Origin: Octopus sinensis
Lineage: Eukaryota
Assembly: GCF_006345805.1 (NCBI RefSeq)
Contig: NC_042999.1
Coordinates: forward strand, 66,216,001-66,280,000
Reading direction: 5' to 3'
Length of the DNA stretch: 64,000 nucleotides
The position numbers were made by a program, and so were the translations under genes. The notes below the pieces were generated by a model. That model was not told the DNA's origin. It saw only the letters and a list, made by a program, of their open reading frames with translations, and searched no databases. Shown one piece after another: positions 1-12,770 of this stretch (position 1 is the stretch's first letter; each line of letters starts with the position of its first letter).

Positions 1-2501
1 GATCTCTGGTTAGAGGCCTTGATAAACACTAGACAGAGTTAATTGGAATTTTTCTTGGCTGAGAGCATTTTCAAGCTTTGAAATGTCATATATCCTTCCA
101 AATAATAATGTCTGTTGGAAATAAACAACAAGCATTTTTATTTTGTATCCTGGGTGTTCGAGCATGAGTCTGGCATACTCTGTGTTGTGCTTGTGGTGTG
201 GTGTCCTGTGACTACCATCATCAATAAGCTGTTCAGCTCTACAGTCATCATACCGAGAGATGTTATAGTGACACTAATATTTTTTGTATCATTGCTGGTC
301 GATAATATGATCCAAAAATGCCAGTTTCGGGATCGCTGTGGCATCCAGCTCCTAAATCGGAGCCGGGTACTAGTAAAGAAGAAGGTTATATTTACCGATG
401 CATTTATTGTCTTTAAGATCATCTCATAACCAACGGCCGCTTCCTATTTTGCTTTGAAATGTCCTAATTGCAGAAGATTCTCTCACGTTGATACTTTGAA
501 ATATTCTTGTTATTCAATTAGTAGCAAAATCCATTTTTGTACGGCCTTGCCATTCAGAGTGTTCTGTGGCGTTCCTAAATACCCAAACACTGATATAGAA
601 CTACAGTACAAAACTCCTCATTGTGTCTTCATAGTGTGAACGTCATACTTCTGCTGCCAATGTTCGGTTTATATTCGAAATGGTAAACTGCGCCAAACCT
701 GCTTCGCGTTTCAATAAGCTTTTCAGGTTAATTCAATGAAAATAATTTTTTTTATAGAGGATATCAGCCAGTGGCTGAATGGTCTCGGCATTTTAGTTGG
801 ACTTAACCGTGTCAGAGAAAGAGAGAGAGAGAGAAGGAGGGAGAGAGAGAGAAGGAGGGAGAGAGAGAGAGAGAATGTGTCACACACCTTTGGTTCAGGA
901 CACGCAGAATGAGACAAACATTATCAGGTGAGAAATTGCCATAAAATGCTGCTCATTCTCATTAAATTCCTTTCCAGTTAGTAAGCGTTTGTATTCAGCT
1001 CATTGTTCTTAGGCTGTTCTTGAACGAGTAATTCTTCTCGAAAATCTTAGTCGTGTTCTGACTGGGTCCCCTTCTTTGATTTTGCCGTCAGCATTAGTCC
1101 TCCTCAAATCACTAGACTTTTGATGAAATTACTCTCGAAATGGCTGAAACACGCAAGTCTTTCATTAGTCTAAGGAATGAGCAAATGGTCACAGTCAAGA
1201 AAAACTAAACTTGGGCCTAAATAAGAATTGTATCCACCAAAAAAGTATGCTGACAAGGGAACAAGTATTTCTCCCGTTGAAAAGTTAATAAGAATATGGA
1301 ATTCTATACGAGAGTGAAGAACATATAAATTAATAGGAGTTATCATATTATATACTATTCAAAAATATTTGAAATATATATTTTCAATTGAGTTGGTCAT
1401 GGGTTGGCATTGTTATTGTTTAGCCACATGAAGGCTGTGATTGAGAAGACTTCAAGTCTTAGCATCCCATTTTAATTCGGGCAGATCTAGAAACTGTTTT
1501 CTGTTACAGGCTGTTTTAAGACGGTAGAATGAGGCGTGATGGATATTTAGCTGTTTTCTATTTTTTTAGTAGATCCTTTGACTGTCTAGATAGTATTACG
1601 TTGGTTCTTCTCGTTAGAATCAAAGGAAAAAGCTGGAAACATTTCAGGTTTTACGATATCAATAAAAAATAATGTAAACTTTTATACAGTTTTGTAGTTT
1701 CCTTTATACAGATTGAATCCTATTTTTGATTGAGAATACACACCGTGTTTTGTACATAATTCAGCCGGATATTCAAACATAGATCAATAATCTAAAGAAT
1801 AGATATGACTGTATGAAACAAAAACAATCTCTATTTTATGTATTACTTTTCTTCTATTTCAGAATGAAAGGTTTAGTGTTTTATTGTAAAAAGTAAAGTG
1901 CTATAATTTATTTGATTTTCAGGCAAAACAAATATATCCTTGTTTTATTATTTTTTTCTATTTCTTTCAGCTTGTGTGTGTTTAATTTATATTCATCATA
2001 TTCAGATATGAATGTTTATATGTAAGAAGCATTTGGATTTCTAACCTTCGGTGTATTCACTTCTCAACAATATTTACTTGAAAGTACTATTTTCTTCTTT
2101 TTTTTTTTCAATGAAAAGTAACAACGGCAAAGGCAACAAGAGAGAGAATCTCGCAAAACATTTAAATGTTTATCGGGTTTGACATATTTTCTTCGCTTTG
2201 TTGACGCCAATAAAATTTCAGACAATATAAATTTCTCTGCATAACAAAAAGAGAAAATGAAGTCTGTTAAATATAGCATGAAAACAACAACTTTATCCAC
2301 AACTTTAAATAAATAAATAAAATAAAACTGTATGAGCAACAACAAGTTTTTCTTCGATAAGTATTACACCTGGGTTGTGTTAGTTGGCAGACAAATGTTT
2401 ACCAAAGGCATCAATAATGATGCTTTCTAACTTTGGCATGAGGTCATATAATTTGGTGGGTGAAAGTGTTTAAGTCAAATGAATCGACGCCAATAATTTA
2501 C

Positions 2502-2502
2502 T

Positions 2503-2536
<34 letters not shown>

Positions 2537-2767
2537 ACACTCACACACAAATACACGCATATGCACACACGTATATATAAGTATGAATGTATCTGTGTGT
2601 GTATATGTGTGCGTGTGAACGTTTGTATGCGTTGTGGGTGAATGTGTATGCTTGTGTGCATGTATAAAGACATCTAGGTAGATGCAGATATAGCTACGAA
2701 TATATATGCGCATGTGTCTGTGTGTGTATGCTTATATATATATATATATAAGATATATATATTATAT

Positions 2768-2830
<63 letters not shown>
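2502..2830. repeat. (TA)n/(TG)n microsatellite cluster
   Basis: Directly visible TA and TG runs. Confidence 0.9.
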
Positions 2831-3589
2831 GTGTGTAATTTGAATAACATCTTGAGCGTTCGTTTTCCATTATTCTTATACAGGTGTATATATGTATGTT
2901 TAACATGTTTCTATATACACTAGTTAACAAAGGAAGAAAAATCGCCGTGACTGGAATGCCTTTTATAACAGACTTGTTTCATTAGAGGTGGCCTGCTGAT
3001 GAAAATGATCGGCAATTGATGCAACTCACTCTATTGTTCCTCGAATGTGGAAAAGCAATACGCAACAGAAGGAATAATATCGATAAAACGTGTTACAAAG
3101 AATACGCGACGTAATCCTCTGATTTAAAGAGATATACAATATAGTGTTATCACCACTTATTAGAAGTACACACATAATGGAAAACCGTAAACAGAAACAC
3201 ATTGAAATATTTTATGTAGCCGACCTCCTTCTTCAACTGCTACTTATTTCAGTTCAAAATACAGAGCAGGAAGAATTAGAAATATAAGCGGAAAGCATTT
3301 GTCCGATGTGTTAATGTTTCAGACAGCATTTCGACCAAGGAATACTAAAATAATATCGTTAAGAATATGGGCTAATCAAAACAATTTATAGCTCTCGATG
3401 AAGGATCCGTTACGATAGAGCTATGCTTGCCTTTACGATTGTCAACAGATCTAAATAACTACGTTGATTGCTGATTGCTTCTCTTAAATAGCGACTCACC
3501 ACAGGACACTAGAAGACACATGAAACCCAACCTAAATCTCACATCGAAGGTCTGTTTGACGAGTTTGGCGTTTTGCAACCAGCCATACT

Positions 3590-3647
3590 TGGATGGATGG
3601 TTTGATGGATGGATGGATGGATGGATGGACGGATGGATGGATGGATG

Positions 3648-3738
<91 letters not shown>

Positions 3739-3756
3739 GGATGGATGGATGGGTGG

Positions 3757-3787
<31 letters not shown>

Positions 3788-3852
3788 GATAGATAGATTG
3801 ATGGATGGATGGATGGATGGATGGATGGATGGATGGATGGATGGATGGGTGG

Positions 3853-3883
<31 letters not shown>

Positions 3884-3927
3884 GATGGATAGATGGATGG
3901 ATGGATGGATGGATGGATTGATATATG

Positions 3928-3966
<39 letters not shown>

Positions 3967-4042
3967 GGATGGATGGATGGATGGATGGATGGATGGATGG
4001 ATGGATGGATGGATGAATGGATGGATGGATGGATAGATGGAT
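3590..4042. repeat. Compound (GGAT)n/(AGAT)n tetranucleotide microsatellite
   Basis: Directly visible; it explains ORF 3459..4055 (SIHP/SIYL repeats). Confidence 0.97.
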
Positions 4043-4479
4043 GAATGCTAGACACTACAGATTACATCTTATATTTTTGTGTTACTACACATATGAAGTG
4101 AAAAATGAAGCACGACCGAAATTAAGCAGTTGGATGACGCAATAAACACTTCCGAGCGTTTTGGATTAGAGAACTTGTTTAAAATCCTGATAGAGTGTAT
4201 GAAAACATAGAGAAAACGTAGTAACAGACTGCTTAAAGTCGATAATATGTCAGTAAAGGAGCGTGCACACAAATATTCAGAATACTAATACAGATCTCTC
4301 AAATATAAACAAAACAGTATCTGTAATTATAGAGTAACTACACGGTAGAAAATTATGATAACTAAATGATAGCAGTGCAAAACCCTAGTCAGCTATCGGC
4401 ATCCTAAACCTTCCATATGTGATACTCGATAGTTCTATAGTAAATGTAACCAGATTTTCTAAAAAAAAAATCATATTAC

Positions 4480-6715
4480 CGATGAAGTAATAATTTCGAA
4501 TTTGGGATAGGAGAGTATAAGGTATTTATTTCATGAACACTAGTGCTTCGCTGGGTATATCTTTCAATGCCTTTGGTAAGTTGAAATGCAAATAGACTTG
4601 AGATGAATTCGAATCTCTCCACTTTATAATACAGACTAAGTTTTCGGATGCACAAGTAAAATCGTTGTTTCTTTTACAGATTTGAACTTGTTTACAATAA
4701 AATTCCGACCATTCCAGTAGATTAGGACACGTTCCACAGTTTGATCACCCTCATTTTTTATTTTTGGTTCCGTTGATTTTGAGAGCTTTTTTTTTATTTC
4801 GGCTTTTGCTTATACAAATTTGTGTTTGTCAGTATTATCTTCAATGATTGTGTGTTTTCCAGTTTTAATGATGTTTTACGTGTGGAGAATTCGATTCGTC
4901 ACAATCATTATTGAGTATTGATAATGTTTGAAGAATAGTGTTGTATGGTTCATTGTTACTAGGGTTGAGGGTAGAAATGTTGGGTTATATATTTAAATCA
5001 GGCGAGTTGTTTGCTTTTATTAGTCTTAGCGTCTGGATTAATATTGACTCAGCACGTTTTATCCTATCATTTGTCAGTAGAAGAAGATAACGTATATCGC
5101 GGAATACGTTGTAAGTTCATGAAGGCGTAAGTCACGCGTAATTTTATCGGATATATATGTTCAAACCGTCTTTGCTAAATTGAAAGGGATATTTATTTTA
5201 GCGTAGAAAGGATGGCATAATTACAAGAGTAGACTGCTTCAATTTTGTGGGTTTATAATAGACGTCAGTTTCAGATTCTTTATTGACCATCTGTTTCAAA
5301 TATCTAGAAATGGAAGTTTCTCTTTGCTGTGTTCCATTGTGAATTGGCTGTTCCTAATTATACCATTGAATACATACAAGTTCCATATAATTTGATTCCT
5401 TAGAATAAAGCCTTTATCTAGATAACTTTTCCAATTGTTTCTTGGTAAAAGGCGTTTCCATAGTTTTGTTGTGATTCTTCATACATCGTCAATTCTAAGC
5501 ACCCCATTATTAGATTTGCAACAACAAGGGCTGCTTTTGTCCCCATAGCAATTCCATTTTTTTTCTCAAATAATTGGCATCAAAGATGAAGTTATTCTTT
5601 TGAATGAAGAATTTTAATACTTCAATTAGAAATAACTTGGCGATACGTCTTGGTAAATCTTCTGAATAGTTTTCCGAGTAGAATTTTTTTGTTTCTATTC
5701 CATAATTATGGCGATATTGGTATACAAGTCGAGGGTAATGAGATTAACTTTTAATATATTGCAGAATTGGTTACGTCGGCGAGTGGACAGTATCGTTACC
5801 ACTCCGGGCAAAATGCTTACGATCGTTTAGGGTCGATAAAATAAGTACCAGTGTAGTACTGAGGTTGATGTTATCGACTTACCTCTCCACGGTAATTGCT
5901 GGCCTTGTGCCAAATTTTAAAACTAGTATATGTTTAAAAGGGTTTTAGCAAGATATCCTGAAATTTGCTAAAGCGTCGGGGGTTAACATGAAGGGTCCAA
6001 TGTGATAGGATTTAACTTAAGATCGCTTGCTGATGGGACATTAATATATACATTTGATAACGTATTTGCATACACCATTAATTATTTGGCTTTTGTGGAT
6101 TTTTCGTAAACTATAAAAAAGACGGCCAGTGAGCAGGCATTTGAAACACATGCTCTACCTATTAGATTTAAAATTTGTTTTCTTGCCAATTTCCTTGTCA
6201 TTTTGGCCTCTTCCACGCAAGTGAAGTAAGGCTGAACGATTTTTTTTTATCATTTCCTGTTATTTGTAATTTTCAAATGTTTCGAAATGGGAATCGTTTT
6301 CTAGCCTGGATAGTACTGGACCTTTGTTGTATTCTCTGTCCATCAATACTACACTATTCCTCTTATCGAATACTTTCATTGTTAATCATTTTGTAATCAC
6401 ATTAATTTTCCCACCATTCAGTAGTTCTGAGGTTTTACTTTGTTTATGTATGGTATTATATGGGAAATTCTGGATGTTGTCACAAATGTCATCGAGCGTT
6501 TTATGCCTATTTTTAGGTGGAACGTAATTATATTTGTTTTCAACAAGAGAGACGTTTTCGTAGATAAATAATATTTCTCTAAGGCGCAATTTTCTCAACA
6601 ATTCTATGCTATTGTCTTTGATTTCATTTCGGTTAGATCTGCAAGGGATAAAATACGCAATGTATATACTCTGGAAGACTAAAATTTGGTAAACATTACA
6701 AAAACAGATACACAC
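4480..6715 (-). mobile_element. Decayed Penelope-like retroelement (Neptune/Poseidon-like RT and start of GIY-YIG), many stops and frameshifts
   Basis: Manual minus-strand translation gives PLE motifs in order: RKLRLRE..VPPKNR (ORF 6386..6715), DKRNSVVLMDREY (ADKG-like), LYTNI, GIAMGTKAALVVANLIMG, YLDK (decayed YxDD), LPFLDI, TDVYYKPT, CGTCPNL, DFTCASENL. Confidence 0.85.
5774..5925 (+). mobile_element. SINE family A fragment (internally deleted) nested in the decayed PLE
   Basis: Similar to the 12541-12770 copy (gggtcgataaaataagtaccagt...gatgttatcgactt). Confidence 0.75.
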
Positions 6716-7168
6716 GTATAAAGGTATTCAACACAGGAAAGTATGAGAAGCTACCTCTAGTTAGCAACACGACAACTTATAATGCTCATCCCCTTCCAGT
6801 GAGATTATCTTTTACATTCTAACTGTTCCAAAACTTTCTCGGAGCACTTTCGATTTTAAAGGGTCCCGCACACGGAGGGAAATGAAGCTTTAACTCGTCT
6901 CAATCTGCCATCTTATTAGCTACAATCACTTAGTACTTGTTTTCTTTCCACAGTATTTCATTTGCCTACTTTAAGGGTTTTATTGAGGCTTGATTAGGCA
7001 GGATAGGTATATCATTGTGGAATAATTTCGGTCATTTTTATTGCCTCCATTTAATTTCTTTTATTTGTTTCTTGTCCCCGATATATTCACAACCATATTC
7101 AGCCCAAATCACTTCTTCCTCTCCACGAAACGATATACTTATCCTGCTAATCGCTGTTTCGGTTGCTG

Positions 7169-7228
7169 TCTTCTTCTTCTTCTTCTTCTTCTTCTTCTTC
7201 TTCTTCTTCTTCTTCTTCTTCTTCTTCT
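7169..7228. repeat. (CTT)n microsatellite
   Basis: Directly visible. Confidence 0.97.
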
Positions 7229-7539
7229 TCTTCTTCTTCTTCTTCTTCCAATCAGGACTCACGCCATTAGCCACAAAGTATAATCTCTAATTCGAGCCTA
7301 CTCTAAGCTACTAAGAATGCGTGTGGTAACTTGAAGATCCACTCCGCACACGCGATAGACTGGCGTTTGCTCGGGCGCAAAAGCTACGTTGTCATCCTCA
7401 TTCCTTAAACGGTGGCTTTTAACGGGTGGAGAGCTTAACCATCCTGGGGTACAGAAGATTCGCAATCTAGACTAGGATCTGAAAGTTTACCACACCATAG
7501 TGGGTTACACCATGGTTCCTCTGCTTTGTGCAGAAGTAG

Positions 7540-7726
7540 GAAGAAAGAGTGAGAGAAAATTGTGGTGAAAGAACACAGCGGGGTTCACCCCCACCCCCAC
7601 CCGCTGGAGATTTGTGGAGCATAGGTATTTTTGCTTAATAAACACAATGCCCGGTCTGGGAATCGAAACCGCATTCTTACGACCGCGAGTCCGCTGCCTT
7701 GACCACTGGGCCATTGCGCCTCTACA
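7540..7726 (-). mobile_element. tRNA-derived SINE family B, 5' part
   Basis: Reverse complement matches the head of 8534-8922 (gaggcgcaatggcccagtgg...gtttcgattcccagaccggg; A/B-box-like). Confidence 0.85.
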
Positions 7727-7789
7727 GTCGGTTGCTGTTGCTTTCTAGTGCTTGTGACACAGTCCACCTAGTTTTTTAGCTGCTGTTCT

Positions 7790-8288
7790 GCTGATGCTCG
7801 TATATATAATGTGACATAATCTGGAATAAGTAACAGAGGCCTAATGCGTCTCCATCTTTCCTTTAACTTGAAAATACCCTCTTCCCAGAATTGAGGTGGT
7901 TCATGGCAAAGAATTCATCAAGGTATCTTTTTACGTCATCCAAGTAATTTAAATTTTTACCGTTAAGACTATCCTGCAGAGACCTGAATAAGTGGAAATC
8001 CGAAGGAGCAATATCTGGCGAATATGGAGGGTGGGGTAACACATCCCAGCCGAGCTGCAGCAATTTTTGTCTGGTTCCCAAAGAATCAAGTGCCAAAAAT
8101 GAACTTTCTTATCTTCCATTTTAAAGGGTTACAGAATTAACATAAATCTTCTTTCACGAAGAGATAGCTTAAACTGTGCCCTAAATGGAGGTGTAGTCAA
8201 ATCCTATTTTATGGACTCAACCATGTTCTAAAATAAGTCGAAATGTAAGCTACTATAAATCAGCACGAACTTTCAGAACAACCCAATA
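7790..8288 (-). mobile_element. Mariner transposon remnant: TIR plus C-terminal transposase, internally deleted
   Basis: ORF 7863..8096 contains LGWDVLPHPPYSPDIAPSDFHLFRSL (mariner YSPDLAPxD motif). TIR-like cagcacgaactttcagaacaacccaata lies at about 8258-8288. Confidence 0.9.
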
Positions 8289-8533
8289 TTAACATTGTGG
8301 GTTAAAAAGATCAACTGAAAATGAGCTAGCTTCAGCTAACAGGGAAGGAATGTGGTGGCCGAAGTATGTTACAAATGAGACTGTTTGTCCGACAGCTTTA
8401 TCAGAAAAAGCAAACAGGAATGCAGTATTCATCTGTGCTTAAAAAAAAAGAAGGGAATCTCATATGCACTTGACAAAGACACTGGAGCAACAAAATGCTT
8501 CATATTTGGTTGATTAAAAATGTAATGGCAAGT

Positions 8534-8922
8534 GTGGAGGTGCAATGGCCCAGTGGTTAGGGCAGCGGACTCGCGGTCATAGGTTCGCGGTTTCGATTCC
8601 CAGACCGGGCGTTGTGAGTGTTTATTGAGCGAAAACACCTAAAAGCTCCACGAGGCTCTGGCAGGGGATGGTGGTGATCCCTGCTGTACTCTTTCACCAC
8701 AACTTTCTCTCACTCTTACTTCCTGTTTCTGTTGTACCTGTATTTCAAGGGGCCGGCCTTGTCACTCTCTGTGTCACGCTCAATATCCCCGAGAACTACG
8801 TTAAGGGTTCACGTGTGTGTAGAGTGCTCAGCCACTTACACGTTAATTTCACGAGCAGGCAGTTCCGTTGATTCGGATCAACCGGAACCCTCATCGTCGT
8901 AACCGACGGAGTGCTTCCATCC
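8534..8922 (+). mobile_element. tRNA-derived SINE family B, full length, with 10-bp TSD
   Basis: tRNA-like head with A/B boxes. Flanking direct repeat aatggcaagt at 8524-8533 and 8923-8932. Confidence 0.92.
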
Positions 8923-8932
8923 AATGGCAAGT

Positions 8933-8991
8933 ATTTATTGACCTTTTTCGTTCCTTTAAAAATCGGCACGAACTTTCCGGACAACCCAATA
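8933..8991 (+). mobile_element. Mariner 3' end with TIR (second remnant, interrupted by the SINE)
   Basis: aaaatcggcacgaactttccggacaacccaata matches the TIR at 8258-8288. The TSD plus flank reads NGKYL, resembling a mariner transposase end. Confidence 0.7.
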
Positions 8992-9649
8992 CTTTTTGTA
9001 GTTTTTAATTATTAATATTGGTGGTACTAATATTGTCATTACCGTCTTTATTGTCCTATTCAATATTATCTAGATGCAGTACTTTTCCACATATTTTATT
9101 GAACAATTACTGTTTGTATATATGATGATTTCAATTGGAATAAAGTTGGGAGTGTTTTGTTTTTTGTGCTATAACCACCATCGTCTATTTCCACATAGAG
9201 AATATGTTTCTTGAAACACGTGTATTTATTATAAATAGTTATTTTTCAAATGGGTGGAAATAAATGAAATAGATATCTAAACACAAAACATCTGCTCCCG
9301 AAAATTCCTTAGACAGCAAAATGGTCCGAAACTAATTTGGTTGTGAAAAGAAGATTCGTTATATAATAATCCTGAAAACATCGTTAACACGAAATTGTCA
9401 AGAAACCCGTGGACCTTCATGTTGATGATGGAAACTTTGGCTTTTCTATCTATTCCGAAGTCTGTCCAGTAGTGGTCGAGATGGTTTTAATGTTAATTAT
9501 CTCTTTTGGTTTTCTCTTCCACTTCGCTTTTTCTTTCTCTTTCTCTTTCTCTCCTTCTCTCATTCTCTCTCACTCTGTCTATTTATGGGGCGCTTCTTGT
9601 TGCTGGATACAAGTCGCTGTTTTCTGTTGCGGTTTTTCTGTCTTCCAAA

Positions 9650-9847
9650 AGGCTGCTAACTGGCAGAATCGTTAGCACGCCGGGCGTAATGCCTGGCGGC
9701 ATTTCGTCTGCCTTTGCGATCTAAGTTCAAATTCCGTAGAGATCGACTTGTCTTTCATCCTCTTGGAGTTGATAGAATGAGTACCAGTTACTTACGGGAG
9801 TCGCTGAAACCGCCAGCCAAACCTCAGGCCTTCTCCCTATAGTAGAA
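9650..9847 (+). mobile_element. SINE family A (diverged)
   Basis: Similar to 12541-12770 (ctggcagaatcgttagcacgccggg...agttcaaattcc). Confidence 0.8.
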
Positions 9848-10035
9848 AGGTTTTCGTCTTCCTTAACTCAGTTCCGAAAGTTTCAGCCTGACTCTTGGGG
9901 AATATTTTGCTAACGATTATTTTTATCTTGCCCCGTTCACAGTAAACGTTCAAGGCAATTACTCTCAACATCTTATTTTACATTATTTACATTATCTACA
10001 TTTGATAGATATTTATCCTCATCTTGTTTGTTATT

Positions 10036-10080
10036 AACACAACGTTTCGGCTGATATACTCTCCACCTTCATCAGGTATC
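10036..10080 (-). ncRNA. Minimal type I hammerhead ribozyme (stem II slightly damaged)
   Basis: Minus strand reads gatac-CTGATGA-a-ggtgg..cagcc-GAAAC-GTT-gtgtt. Confidence 0.7.
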
Positions 10081-10150
10081 TTGGGGAAATTTCGAACCTG
10101 GATTCTCATTCCTAGTGTATTTTCGATGTTATTATAATTATTAATATTAA

Positions 10151-10215
<65 letters not shown>

Positions 10216-10218
<3 letters not shown>

Positions 10219-10289
10219 TCACTACCTGGAATCGAACTCGGAATCTTGGGGTTAGAAACCCGCGCTCTTAACCAATACACCATATCCTC
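10216..10289 (-). other. tRNA-Arg(TCT)-like SINE head (Pol III A/B boxes); not a functional tRNA
   Basis: tggtgtattgg (A-box-like), GGG-TTTCTAA-CCC anticodon arm with TCT, gagttcgattcc (B box). The acceptor stem does not pair. Confidence 0.75.
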
Positions 10290-10461
10290 GTAGGCATATT
10301 ATTATAAATAATAATAATAATAATAATAATATAATAATAATAATAATAATATAATAATAATAATAATAATAATAATATAATAATAATAATAGTAATAATA
10401 ACAACAACAAAAACATCGAAAATACCTTAGGAATGAGAACCAGGTTCGAAATTTCCCCCAA

Positions 10462-10507
10462 GACACCTGATGAAGGCTGAAGGGTATCTCAGCCGAAACG
10501 TTGTGTT
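10462..10507 (+). ncRNA. Minimal type I hammerhead ribozyme
   Basis: Stem I GACAC/GTGTT, core CTGATGA plus an extra A, stem II GGCTGA/TCAGCC, GAAAC, palindromic ACGT stem III, predicted cleavage after GTT (10502). Confidence 0.8.
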
Positions 10508-11454
10508 AACAACAAAGAAGATGAGGACGAATATCCGTCAAATGTAAATAATGTAAATAATGTACATAATTCCTCATCTCTTAAATATAGAACTGTAAGA
10601 TCTTATTTTGCCTAAGACCCCAAACTGTTCTAGTCATCGATTTCCCGGAGCTTCTGTGTCATTACTTCAACCTGTTCTTTCACTAATATTTTAGCTATTG
10701 GTGAATTTTTCTCTTTGATCTTGGGCTTTTCAGTTATTCTCTTTTTCGCACATTGATGTTGTTGTTTTTTTCTATTCCACTCTAGCGTGATAGTTGTCCT
10801 TTAAATTTCCAAATCTCTTAAATTTTCTCCTTCGTGTTCTGTTTCTTGTTATATTTCTTGGTCTTGCTCCTACTTTTTCTGCTATGGCTGGAATAGCCGC
10901 ATCTATGAAAAGGTGGATTTCTATTAAGTTCATCTGTCTTTCCAACAACATGGTTCCGAGTTTAGTTCCTCTCCGTGGTAAATTGGGAGCTTATCTCTTT
11001 CTCTCTCTCTCTCTATCTTTCTCTATCTTTCTCTTTGTCTCTCTCTTTCCATATATATAATGGTAATGCATTAAATACTACAAAAGGTACACGTAGGACA
11101 GATAAAGAAGGACTGTAATTCTTCATCAGTTATCGACAGAAAAGTACTAATACTCAGTTTCTTGCCTTTAACGATAAAACTGAGAAGATATGAAACGTTA
11201 TGGGAAGGAATGTATGAAATTCTACACGGATGGAGGTCGAAACAAGAACGAATGGTCAGGCTTGGCGGAATACCGGTCAAGTAGGTGAGGTGAGAGGTAC
11301 GGGCAGAAGGATTGAAGAATTAAGGAGGAACAAGAAAGAGAGGTGGGCTTTCACTTTCCGTCAACTAACAAGAAATTGGCCGGCTCGAGAGTTGTTTAGC
11401 TACAATGGTCTTTATTATGTCAATAATCATCAATTATATAAAAAAAATAAAACT

Positions 11455-11500
11455 AACAGCAGCAGCAGTAGCAGCAGCAGCAGTAGTAGTAGTAGTAGTG

Positions 11501-11535
<35 letters not shown>

Positions 11536-11548
11536 GGTGGTGGTGGTG

Positions 11549-11607
<59 letters not shown>
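11455..11607. repeat. (AGC)/(AGT)/(GGT) trinucleotide microsatellite
   Basis: Directly visible. Confidence 0.95.
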
Positions 11608-12540
11608 TACTGTTATATGAAAATTACATACTAGTGACAAAGAAAGGAAGTTTAACTTATCTAGCACAATCTCAACTATAAAAGGAGGATAAACGCAAGA
11701 AAATAGATTCGTAATATATATGAATACACATTGTAAGTTTTAGCCATAAAAAACTATATGAAGAGATAATAAATTAAACAAACAAGGAATACAAAGTATT
11801 TTTTATTTACATTCTGATTTTATTTATTAGACATGAATGCAACGGCACAAATGTCAGTGACCTTCCTCGACATTGAAAGGATTTTGGCAGGCAAAAAGAA
11901 AACATTGATACCAATGATAATATCTAGAGTAACTGGAAAAATAAAACAAAATAACAATTAGAATAACGTTTCTTTAATAACTCCGAAGAAAACTAGAATA
12001 TGAAGTGTCAGGCGCTCATCACTGTCGCAAACCAGATAATTTTGTAGATATATTGTGTTGATACACATCAAGCTAACAGATAAGCAAAAGCTATAAATTG
12101 GCAACAGCAATAGGGATTAGCTGATGCAATGTTGCAACCGAGATAATTTTAGCCAGCCTGACCCACTACCTTGGGTTGATGAACTAGATACGTTTCTGGA
12201 TAGAGGTCTTGATATATACATATATCAAAATAAATGAGTAAAGGAATGATATAGATTGACAAGAATAGAGATTAACTTCTGAATTATTGAAACAAGGAGA
12301 TAGTTTTACCAAACAAGTACTGCCATGGCTTGAAAAATGTTTACGATTGCTTCAAGTGATCTCGTGTTTGTCTTTGAAAGTTACTGTCATCTAAAATGGT
12401 GGTGATATAAAGTGTTTTCATAATAATAATATAAATAGTGAAGGGAAAATATATACAAGGCGATAAAACATAGAGATAGAACCAACCAGAATTTGCTGCC
12501 CATAATAAAAGGTGTAATGATCATGGTATTCAATAAAATT

Positions 12541-12770
12541 TAAGGCGGCGAGCTGGCAGAAACTTTAGCGTGCCGGGAGAAATGCTTAGCGGTATTTCGC
12601 CTGACGTTACGTTGTGAGTTCAAATTCCACCGAGGTCGACTTTGCGTTTCATCCTTTCGGGGTCGATAAATTAAGTACCAGTTACGCACTGGGATCGATG
12701 TAATCGACTTAATACCTATGTCTGTTCCCTTTATGTTTAGCTCCTTGTGGGTAATAAAGAAATAGGTATT
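12541..12770 (+). mobile_element. SINE family A, full length, with TSD
   Basis: tRNA-like B box gagttcaaattcc. ggtattcaataaaatt is repeated at 12525-12540 and 12765-12780. Confidence 0.92.

Larger units (their letters stand above)
9980..10599. mobile_element. Composite non-autonomous element: two divergently oriented copies of an (AAT)n plus HHR unit, one carrying a tRNA-like head; 10-bp TSD
   Basis: 9980-10130 is the reverse complement of about 10410-10560. atcttatttt is repeated at 9970-9979 and 10600-10609. Confidence 0.85.

Noticed and set aside
1-720. Minus-strand sequence that looks like decayed coding
   Set aside because: Multiple stops and no motif I can assign to a family.
1113-1165. 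agactt-TTGATGA...GAAACACGC-aagtct, hammerhead-like
   Set aside because: Stem I pairs, but the core C, stem II and cleavage triplet are all broken; a relic at best.
3386-3424. tagctct-CGATGAAGGATCCGTTACGAT-agagcta, hammerhead-like
   Set aside because: The core lacks U4, GAAA reads GTTA and there is no UH triplet; it may be only a hairpin.
3459-4055. 198-aa ORF and the many YI/HT/SIYL/poly-N ORFs across the window
   Set aside because: They are translations of microsatellites and show no protein-like complexity.
10216-10289. Functional tRNA-Arg gene
   Set aside because: The acceptor stem does not pair and the sequence is embedded in a repeat; treated as a SINE head.
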